NCBI GenBank assembly: GCA_030390025.1
Contig: CM059431.1
Coordinates: forward strand, 123,382,001 to 123,446,000
Length of the DNA: 64,000 bases
Origin: Squalus acanthias
Taxonomy: Eukaryota
Direction: 5' to 3'
The notes beneath the pieces are model-generated. The model did not search any database. It saw only the letters and a list, made by a program, of their open reading frames with translations, and had not been told where the DNA came from. A program made the translations under genes and the position numbers. The first letter of the stretch is position 1. Each line of letters opens with the position of its first letter. Shown piece after piece: positions 50,924 through 61,129 of this stretch.

Positions 50924-53014
50924 GGCCTAGAAAATGGATAGCGCGAAAAAATGGGCGCGGGCACCACAATGCGAGATATGCCTGCACCCGTTCAAGGAGC
51001 GCAGGCAGCACGTCAACTTTGAGCTACCTGCTAATTATAATGATTGCAGTGCACAGCCTAGTGCTGAACCCACTGCTGACAGGCTGTGCACTCAGCAGGG
51101 GGTTGAAGTTCGCGTTGTTCAAGCGAGGCTAGCTTTACTAATGCAGACTGCCTTAAAGAGGCCTGGTCCTCTTAAAGGCAGTCTGCACCTCTTAAAGGTG
51201 AGCTGCCTTCTGCAGATGAAGAATTTTAAAAGAGCTTCAGCACTAACCAAATGGTTCAACAGGCCAGGGAAAGGGCACATAGGGTCTCGGACACAGCACT
51301 GGAGCATTGTGCAGGGGGTCGACACTGGAATAGAGGTCCTCTACCCACAGGGGGCCAGAAGGCCCTCCATAAAGAAGGATGTGGGACCAGATCGCCGATG
51401 CGGTCGCTGTCAGCAGTGTCGTTCCCCAGGACCTGGCTCCAGTGCCCAAAGAAAGTTTCATAACCTCAGACCAATGGCCAAAGTCAGTAAATGCATCTTC
51501 AAAAGCCATCTCCTACCAACTGCACCATTAGCCTCACACACTGCTTAATGCACAACTCCCCTCCCCAATCACTCACCTATCAACAATGTCTACCAAACAC
51601 AAGGCACACCTCACATTCCTAGCTTCACTTCACCCCCTTGGAGGAGACGGTGCAGGCCATTCTTGGCAGGGGCATGGCTCAGCCCTTGGCCAGTGGCGGG
51701 GCTGAAAGAATACTAGATGCTGGTATCCTCATACGTTATCTTCCTTCTCACATCCCACTTCCCCCTTATCCCACAATAACTTCCGATGTACAAGCTGAGC
51801 ATGGTGTAAGTATGCAGATCTTGTTTCTGGTCCTCCCCCCACCACAACTCTACCCTTGTGTCTTCCTCATTTCAGACACCCACGAAATCCAGCCAGCACA
51901 GCCAGTGGTTGACCAAAAAGAGGTAGAGGAGAGTGAAGAAGAAGAAGAAACACTGTCACTCGATTTCACGGTCCCAGCCACAAGCTCCTCGAAGTTATCT
52001 TGCAAAGCCACCTGCAGTGTCCCCCACCGAAAGTCAGAAACCTTCCACCAGCCATGCTGCAGCCACTGGGGTAGCACTGTGTGACATCAGTAGGATAGGC
52101 AAAGGCACACACATGGCAGTCACTAAGGGAATGAACAAGGGTGATTAGTTGACTTTTTGATGTAATATTCGATGCGTAAATGAATAAAGTTGTATTGGAA
52201 AGTTTGTTTTTATTTCTGCATTGTGGCCAAGAGGATGCTGTGATGGTCAGTACAGAGGGAAGGTAAGGTGTGGGACAAATGTTGAAAGGGGAATTTGTGG
52301 TTGCGGTCACTGGTACCGCAGGTGGATGATTTGATCCCGAATATCGCAGCCAGAAAGGGGCTGACTGGGTTGCCTACTTCCTTCTGCTTCTTCCTCTTCT
52401 GCTTCTTCCTCTTCTGCTTCTTCCTCTTCTGCTTCTTCCTCTTCTGCTTCCTCCTCTTCCCTCTGTGAGCAACTTGTCCCCTTTGCTGACTCTGCTTCAT
52501 CCCCATGTGATGTTACAGCCCAGTGAGGACTGCAACTAGAGCCCCCAGGATTGTGAGCAAGTGGTGTTCTCTGAGGCCTTCCTTTAACATCCAAAGCTTG
52601 CAAGTGTCCAGCAGCATTCCCTGCACACTTCAACAACTTTTAAAATATATTGCAACAAGCCACATAATATTTTTTAAAAGTTCAAAAGCTTAAATCCAAA
52701 CTTACCTGAAAGATGTGTGTGTCCCTTTAAGAAACGCTGACAGCATATCTATACGACTGCTGCAGACAGGTTCTTCCATGCGTAGTTAGGAGAGAGCGTT
52801 ATCGCGTGTGGCGATATCTAAAATCATAGTCGTGCATCAAATCAGGCGTTGCATTTAATTGGAAATGCAAGCACAGGCAACGACAGTGCTGCCAACCTCT
52901 CCAAAATGGTGGCCGCTGTGTCCCATGTTGAAAGCGGGTGGAAGCAAGGCAGCTGCCATTTTGTCAAGAAAACCGGCGTTAATGGCTGGCGCTACTACGG
53001 GGAATTTCGAGGCC
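50924..53014 (+). mobile_element. Internally deleted Harbinger element (related to 18448-27207)
   Basis: ggcctagaaaat / atttcgaggcc termini; Myb exon RERAHRVSDTALE..QRKFHNL followed by a donor. Confidence 0.8.
52381..52458. repeat. 15-bp tandem repeat (CTTCTGCTTCTTCCT)n
   Basis: About five units. Confidence 0.9.
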
Positions 53015-53059
53015 AATGTTTCATTAGAAAGTTTTGGAAAGAACAGCTTTTAAGCACTA

Positions 53060-53473
53060 CAGGAAACTTTCGTTTATCCGGCACCCAAATATCCGGAATT
53101 CTCGCTTAACCGGCAAAAATCATCCTCCGAAAACTCCTCTCAAATAACCAGGCAATGTTGCCGAGTCGCAGTCGAGTCTCCGCGAACGCCGAGTGCTCCG
53201 AAAACTCCTCTCAAATAACCGGCAATGTTGCCGATCCCGAGTCCGAGAACGCCGATTTAGTCAGAAGGGGTACTTTTCAAAAGTGCCACTACTCGGCCTC
53301 CTGGCGCTGTCGGAAGTCCGAAACACTGCAGTAGCAGGAGTTGATTCTCCCGCGCTGCCTGGAGTCTCTTTGTTAAAAATAGCCTCGGTAGATATAACTC
53401 TCCGTTATCCGGTACTTTCGATAAACCGGCACCACGCCGGTCCCGTCGATGCCGGATAAACGAAAGTTTCCTG
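53060..53473. mobile_element. Tc1/mariner (pogo/Tigger-like) MITE
   Basis: Perfect 24-bp TIR caggaaactttcgtttatccggca; TA TSD; CpG-rich; internal ~40-bp duplication (53126, 53197). Confidence 0.9.
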
Positions 53474-53484
53474 TACTACTATCT

Positions 53485-55233
53485 GGGCTGGATTTTACCA
53501 ACCTCGGCGGGTCCGTGGCGGGCAACATGGGTGGCGGGTCCCTTCCCCGTTGCTGGTTCCAGCCCGCTGTCCAAAATTATTTTCCCCTGATTGGGCTTGT
53601 TAAGCCTGCCCAGCGCGATTCCCAGCCAATTAAAGGAAGCGGGTCTGATGACGTCATTTGATGACATGTCATCAACCGGTTTCCTTAAAGGGACCATGCG
53701 CAAATTTATTTTGACAGTTGTGTTGTCAGTGTTCTACAGCATTGAGGTGCTGCAAACACTGACAAGCGACGCGGAGAGGTGCACGGCTGCACCCAGGCTC
53801 TCCCATGACTCCCTGCATATGCTTATGGAGGGAGTCACAGCACACAGGGAGATTCTCTTCTCTTCCAATGGGCAGAAGTGCCCTCACCAGGAGATCAACA
53901 CAGCCTGGTTGCACACTGCACAGCAGGACACAAGCAGGGATGTCGTAAGGATGACCAGGCTGCAGTGGCGCAAACCTTTCATTGATCTCAGTAGATCACG
54001 AAATGTTACTGCAAAGTCACACTCAACCTCATCCTGCTGTTCTACTCATCACATCCCCATCACTCTGCCTTCGCTACCCTACTCCTGCACATTCTTACTC
54101 ACACCAACTTACTTGCACCTTCACCCATCCCTCTCTATCTACATTATCATGTCCCCATCTCACGAGCTCATACTCACCCTCATCCTAGTCCAATCATACC
54201 CACTAAGAACACACAAGAGTAGGCATGTGAAGTTTCTGTTAATGTGCTGTCAAACATTGAAATCTTTATTTTCAACACTTTGTGTTCTTGGACAGATTTG
54301 TGTGCACCTTTGGAAGTGGCTTAGTGAGTTGCAGTGAATGGTGAGACATAACTGTAGCCCCCGCAATGTTGGTGAGTGTGAAACGAATGGCTTGGGCATT
54401 GTAGAGATGCTTTGTGGTGTTGGTGTGGGGTGGTGCCAACCTGGCGCATCATGTGGGAGCCAGGGTGTGCAGTGTCAAGTGAAGTAAATCTGGCCATGGT
54501 GAGGCCATCAATGGTGTCCCGGGCAGCATGTGGTCTGGTGCTGATGCCCTGCGTCCTGTGCAGCATCAGTTGATTGCAGAGAAGTTTGGTGTTGTTGTTG
54601 GTGTTGCTGGTGTGCCTGGTGCTGCTGGTGTTGGGGCTGATTGTGGTGGGATTCTGAGGACTAAGGTGAGAGAATATAAAGGGCACTGATGCTGATGAAA
54701 TAGATGACAGGTGAAATTGAGCTGACAGAAGCGATCTGTCAATGGTGAAAGAGGTTGTTCCAATGAGGTGACACTGGATAGCAAGTTTGCTCCAAACACT
54801 TGCATCCTGCATAAAGCTCAATCTGTCTTCCAAATGCAGTAAGCAACAACTTCTGTGCTTGGAAAATGAGATGGGAGCTTTTATAGCACATTTATAGCTG
54901 TCAAATAATGAGATGATTCCACGGTCATACAGTTCCCGAAATGCTTACCTGGCATGATCCCTGAGCAGTGTGGACCCTGTGGGCGACCTCGTAAAATGGT
55001 AAGGTGAGCTCAAAATACTTCTTAATGGGCTGTTAACAAGGTCATAATGACCTGAATTGCCTCCCCCGCCGCTGCGTGTCGGGTCTGTTCGACGCTGACA
55101 GACCCAACATCTGGGAAAAGCGCGTGGCAGCGGGTTGGCAACGGGGTCCCGACCCGCTGTCAAAAAAAAACATTTCCCACCTGACCCACCCCTGAATGTG
55201 CCCGCTGACCCACCCCCCCTGAAAAATTCCCCC
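53485..55233 (+). mobile_element. Non-autonomous Harbinger family B, copy 3
   Basis: gggctggatttt / aaaattccccc termini; Myb-like exon RLSHDSLHMLMEGV..AWLH..LQWRKPFIDL. Confidence 0.85.
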
Positions 55234-56469
55234 TTTATCTTTTTATAAAAATGATTGAGACTTATTGAGAAGTAAGTAGCGAGGTAAACTTTTATCTTCA
55301 CTGCCTGGGCAGTAATTGAACAGAGTGGATCCTATTGAAATGAATGGAATGGAATGAAAATTGGGCATGTTCTATAACGGCCGAGCGATCCGTTGCACCA
55401 GATTACCACCCAAGTATTGAAGACAAAGGATAAAGATTATTAGGTCCAGCATGCCTGTTTGTGTTTGCCATTGATCCACAATGCACAAAGTTCCAATAAA
55501 AGTTTCAAAACAATTTTTGGGGTTTTCTAACCCCGCTATTTATGTTCCTGTGATATGCAAACCTCTCCATTCCAATCAGGACAGTGCCAACTTCACTCTG
55601 TAATTAGCAGCTAAGTGTTTAATAACGTCACTCTAAATTGAGTATTCTTCTGATTTTTTATTCTCCCTTTTGGGATTTCGCATTGACTTCAGTTGGTAAA
55701 TTACTCAGCTGACCCCACTCAGGTTTCGGGACTCACTGGGGATGAATTTCCTCGACATTTTTAGTGCATTAGCAGCAGTGGAAAGACGTAGGAAATTGTT
55801 CCAGTGACAAAACCTGCGAGGAAGCCATTTCTGATGCTTGTGCGCCTTTAAAAGGCTACCCCCCGAGTTTCTTTGTCATCCACAAAGTACCCACTGAATC
55901 ACCATTTCCCTCATTTACACACGGCCACTTGTCAGCCAGTGGTGCTATGGATTCAGGATTCCTGGGATCCCTCCCCCCACCACCCATTGCACTCAGGGTA
56001 AGTTATACCTAGTTGTTTGAGGTGCAGCAGCTACCAGGATCAGCTAATTCTGGTGGAGCTCCTAATGAAGAAGAATCTGCAGATTTTTGAATCGAAATTC
56101 CTGAAGATAGGCAATGTTTTTTTTAAGTGTTTTTTTGTTGTTGTTGCATTCAGCCCACAGACACCTGCACTTGCTTCTCATTACTTTTGAGAGGGTCAGA
56201 CCACCAGCAGTGGTCCGCAGTCAAAACATGACTGTGGCTACATGTTCTGCATGTACCCACTGTCAATGTGTAGCAGGTTGAGAAGAAACACATTGGCCAA
56301 GAAGTTCCTTGGAGTTGTACCCACACCGCCGCCATATCTTCATAGCGACATAAAATGGGGTGTCCACAACACTTCCAGCGAAGTTATGGTGGTAAACCAG
56401 GAGCAGCTCCAAGGAAATTCCCAGCCATCTGGCATGCATACTTTGCCTCTCTACTTCACATTGGGACTT

Positions 56470-56685
56470 ATACAAAAGCAAAATACTGCTGGAAGTCTGA
56501 AATAAAAACAGAAAATGCTGGAAATAATCAGCAGGTCAGGCAGCATCTGTAGAGAGAGAAACAGAGTTAATGTTTCAGGCGAGTTCTGACGAGAGGTCAG
56601 CGACCTGAAACATTAACTCTGTTTCTCTCTCCACAGGTCCTACCTGACCTGTTGAGTATTTCCAGCATTTTCTGTTTTTATTTCA
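56470..56685. mobile_element. Foldback Penelope-derived mini-element with a central hammerhead (family B)
   Basis: ~82-bp imperfect inverted arms 56498-56579 / 56604-56685; flanking repeat ttcac(a/t)ttgggactt (56455-69, 56682-96). Confidence 0.85.
56581..56619 (+). ncRNA. Minimal hammerhead ribozyme motif (family B)
   Basis: GAGTT CTGACGA G AGGTC AGC GACCT GAAACATT AACTC; stem III palindrome broken by a CpG-type change. Confidence 0.7.
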
Positions 56686-57016
56686 CTTTGGGACTTGTTG
56701 GCTAGCTTTACTTTGGAAGATTTTCTCAGGCTGACAAATATCTTCTTTATTTGTGTTCAGGTCCTCTGGGTATAGGTTACATCATTCACCCTTTGTGCTA
56801 TTTAATCTCCACAGTCTGCTTCACTCTCTCATGGAGTAGCAGGTGCACAGTGTAAGATACCCTAGTTGTGTATACATATATACATAGGGTTACTATTTGG
56901 TTTAATCTCATTTGGTGGAGATTTTTGCTTTTATTTAACTTATAAATGGCTTGTGGATCTGTACTATAGCTAGAAATAATGAAATGGTTAAAGTTTTTCA
57001 TTTCCAGGATGCTTTA

Positions 57017-57218
57017 GGGGGTGATTTTAACCCTACTCACTCAGTAGAAACCTGGCGGGTTTAAAATCGTCCTGGCTCTTGCCTGTCTGAATCTGCCCGG
57101 AGTCAACAGGGTCCTTTTTTACATATGCATGTTGCGGCCCGATGACATCATTGAGACTTGACTGTAATTTTAACTTGGGCCTGAGCGGGGAATACCACCT
57201 GGAGTTAAAATTGGGGCC
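57017..57218. mobile_element. MITE
   Basis: gggggtgattttaac / gttaaaattggggcc termini. Confidence 0.55.
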
Positions 57219-58187
57219 ATATGTCAGGGTACAATTTAGCTGACTGTGCTGCTTAGCTTCTGCTGAGGTGCATGATGTGTGATTTGTGCCAGTTGACATA
57301 TTTGTGTGGCCACATTGTGAAATGAGATAGGAAGTGGGACAATGGAGCTCAGGATGATTAGTTACATCCTAGATGGTAAACAAGTTGGCATCTGGAGTTT
57401 GCTAGGAAATATCTCATTTCTGATTGTCCTGCTCACAATAAAACTTCTCAAGCCATAATGAATCATCTCGGACAGTGTGCATGATTACGGGCCTATAAAG
57501 ATCTTGAGTTTTCCTTAACAATTTGTTGAAAGAGTCAGGATCAAAAATATTGACAAAGGTTACATTTCTACCCAGGGGAATATAGTTCTCTATATATCTA
57601 CTCCTCAAAGTCACTGTGCATGTCTGGACTTGGTCAAACACAATAAAAGGAATATGTTGCAGCCTTTATTGGTTTTTCAGATTTGAATTTTCCGACAACA
57701 GCTGCATCAATGAAGTGTGGTATTCTTGTCAGCTATTGTTCCATCATTTGAGATTATTTCCAGGCTCTGGACAATGTTTGCATGCCACAAATAAACCCTC
57801 ACTTTAAATGGCTACTGCAGCCCTTGTAGGAAATTCCGCTCCCGATTGAGCAAGCAAGCAGCAGCAGGCCCAATTCAGACCAAGGGTTGGTCGTGAATAT
57901 TCAATTAAGGCTCACATGGAAGATCTGACAGAACTCGCCAAGTGCAACACATATGGATGCTTCCAATTTCAAATAAACTAGAAAACCTACCCTAAATGTT
58001 TGGCGCACAAACAAAAAATATAATGCCAACTCTGTATGTTATAATAATGATGGTGTTCCTTTAAGCTTGCCGTTACCTAAAATGTATGTATGCTTCCTGC
58101 GAGAGTAAACAAAACTTAAAATCCATTTAAAGTGAATGGGTTAACACTTTTGTTAAAACAGTAGAGAAGAATTTGATATGAGCACAG

Positions 58188-58284
58188 GAAATAAAAGCAG
58201 AAAATGCTGGAAATACTCAGCAGGTCAGTCAGCATCTGTGGAGAGAGAAACAGAGTTAACGTTTCAGATGGATGACCTTTCATC
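58188..58284 (-). mobile_element. Penelope pLTR fragment with a truncated family-B hammerhead
   Basis: Reverse similarity to 21026-21121. Confidence 0.8.
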
Positions 58285-58600
58285 TAGAAATTGGACATTG
58301 CCACAAAACCGGCAGTGTTAAGGCCAAACAATGTTAAGATGCGCCAGGTCAAAATGGTCTAGGTAGCACGCAAAATTCGTGCTCAGTCCTCATTAACATG
58401 ATTGTAGTCTTGATCTCAGCACTAAAACCATTGCTCATTGGCTTACCTCTCGACAGGTGGCCCAATATCGGGTCCAGTTTAATTCCAAGTCATGTTTGGC
58501 ACAGGCTTTATTCAGTTGAAGGGGAGGTGCATTGATGCTACAGCACCACATTGTCAAGCAACTTACAACTTCACCTGGAAGAAGACAGCAGTGGAAACAC

Positions 58601-60518
58601 ATGGCTGAGCTTCAGCCCAGGGAGAGAGCCCGCAGATTCTCTGATGCGGCTTTTGAGGCACTGTTCCTGCACTATTCGGGCTGTCCTCTTCCCGCACACT
58701 GGCAGAAAGCCTTCGCCACAAACCTCTCGAAGACTCTGGCAGGAGATAGCCACCGATATGATGGTCAGCGCTGTGGTCCCCAGGTCGGCCATCCAGTGCC
58801 GAAAGAAGTTTGACGACTTCTACACGGCAGATCATGGTGAGTGAATGCATCTTCAAGTGCCATATCCCACCTTCTGCACCACAAGCCTCACACGCTGCTC
58901 AATGCACCATACCCCCAGCGCTCATCTACCAACAATCACTACCTATCACCACTCAGACCTCACAATCATAGCTTCACTTCGACCTCACAACCTTAGCACT
59001 GCTGCAGCACTCACAACCACATCTCACACCTTGCACACATTATCAGCTATTCAATTATGGCAGGCACATCACCTAGACACATTGCACCACACTCACTAAC
59101 ACACTCACTAACACACTTCTCTTTCTCTTGCAGGCCAAGGTGGTGCATAATCGGAGAGAGCAGCGGCAGACAGGCGGGGGGCAAGATGCCTTCCAGGACG
59201 ACAACCAGCTGGAGGAGAGACTGCTGGAGATCATTAGGTGGCAGATAATGGAGACCATGGAACCCAGCGAGGTTGAAGACCTTGGGGACAACAACTGTAT
59301 GCTCACTCTTAATCCTTCTTTTCACATCCCACTTCTCTGTCATCCCAGAATCTCTTCACACTTTCAAACTTCTGATGCTGTATGCAGGCATAGCTTGCCT
59401 TTCCCCCCCTCCCCTCACCACAACCCGACTCTTCTGCCCTTCTGCTTTCAGCTAATCAAGAACAAGCACCAGACCAACCTGCCCCTGAGACGATGCAGGA
59501 GAGCGAGGGGGGAGAAGAAGAAGAACAAGACACAGCATCACTGCATCTCTCACTCACAGACACCAGCTCAGAAACCGGCACTGCGCCTAATTTAGAGGCT
59601 AGTGTGGAAGCGGGATCTGCACAGGGTGAGGCACCGGGGATGAGCGGGCTGCAGTAAGGCCAGGGGGAAAGGGTAGCTCGGGGGTCAGCTTCCCGGAGGA
59701 CGAGTTCACGGGCGTGTTCTGCTGCACAAGACTCAGATGAGGACCTCGATGGGTCGGCCTTCAGAAGAAGCATACGCACCGAATTGCTAGGCGCAATGGC
59801 AAGCCTGCCAGAGAGCCTCTGGGCATTGACAAGGAGCATGGAGGAGTCCACCTCCAACATTGCACGGGGCTCTGCGCAAAGCTTGGAGCCTAGGATTTCC
59901 AGGCTGGAAATGATGCAAAACTCCCCGAGAGACCTTGTGGACCCAGACATGATGCTGCATGTGATAGGCGATGTTGTAGCTACCATTGCAGCACAGGTGG
60001 AAGCGACTCAATTTCTTCATGCTGCAGCAGATGCGCAGACTGCTTTCATGCAATCTCAGCTTGCTACCACGCAAGCTCAGACTGCTGCCATTGTGGCTGG
60101 GTTTACCAGTGTTGGCCGGGGCTTGCAGGGGTTCGCAGCAGGCCAGCAATCTGTGCTCCAACAGATAGCTAGGAGTGCTGAGGCGCCGCCCCAGGGGAGT
60201 GGCAGTGGGTCAGTGGAGCAGGAACCTGGTGTCCTCTCGCAGATTGACAGCATTCCTACTCCCACCACTGCCACTCCGCCATTGCCCTTGCCACTGCCTG
60301 TCAGACAGTCAGCCCAGACTGCTGCCCATGTCGCGGTGGTGCAGTCTACAGTCGGGCCTTCTAGGTCCAGAGCTGGTCGAGGTCATCCTGCAAGGCCATC
60401 TGAAATCTCCCACATGGAAACTCAGCAGCCTTCCACCAGCCATGCTGCAGCCACTGGGGAGCACTTCATAGGAGCACTAGATCAGGAAAGGGCACCCGAA
60501 CGACAGGCACTAGGGTGA
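58601..60518 (+). pseudogene. Three-exon Harbinger Myb/SANT (MSANTD/NAIF1-like) gene, disrupted
   Basis: Exon 1 58601-58836 (RARRFSDAAFEAL..LWQEIA..IQCRKKFDD, gtgagt), exon 2 59134-59296 (AKVVHNRREQRQTGGG), exon 3 59452-60518; frameshifts and a stop at ~59655. Confidence 0.85.
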
Positions 60519-61129
60519 TAAGTTCAGGTCATAAGTGTAAATATGTGTTAATTGATTTGGGATAAATTTATTAATTTTATTTGGAATCTTTTTGTAGTGT
60601 CTCTCATTTCAGCTTTGTGTCCAGGAGGATGCTGTGATATTCTGTGACAGAGGGACGGTATGATGGGGATGTTGTAAGCGATGGGGATCTGGGGTTTCAT
60701 TTATTGGAATCAGAGTCTGATGAGGTGTTCACAGACAGCCCGAGCGGAAGGGGGATTGGCTGCCTGCCTCCTCCCTTCCTCCTTGTAGAGCCCCTATGAT
60801 AGAGACCAGAAGCCTTCAAATAAGAAGGAAGCTGTTCTCAACTTGCAACAACACTCCCTGTTACCTTAGAACTGAAGTGGGGCTTTAGAGCTCTACTATG
60901 ATTTAAGGGTTAAGAATGGATCTCGGGAACTAAATAAGTGAATAATTCTTTTTGCAGAAGTAAGCTGTCTTAAGTTGCTGAACTGACAGTTGAGATAACG
61001 CTAAGAATGACATGTTGATTTCGCAGTAGTTTTAGAATGATTATTTGCGGCAAGCTGTGTAATTTGGAGATAATTGCAACTAGTCCATTGAACCACAAGA
61101 GGCCTAGAGGGGCAGATAAGCAGAACAGT

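Noticed and set aside
56700..56862. Possible host exon on the minus strand
   Set aside because: Reads IAQRVN..QRT*TQIKKIF..KSSK plus a donor, i.e. an old Harbinger Myb exon
57905..57965. Minus-strand VALGEFCQIF resembling a short APOBEC4 segment
   Set aside because: Only a few residues match and no deaminase HxE/PCxxC motif follows
58601..60518. Domesticated host MSANTD/NAIF1 gene
   Set aside because: Frameshifts, an internal stop and several dispersed homologues in the window indicate a transposon copy
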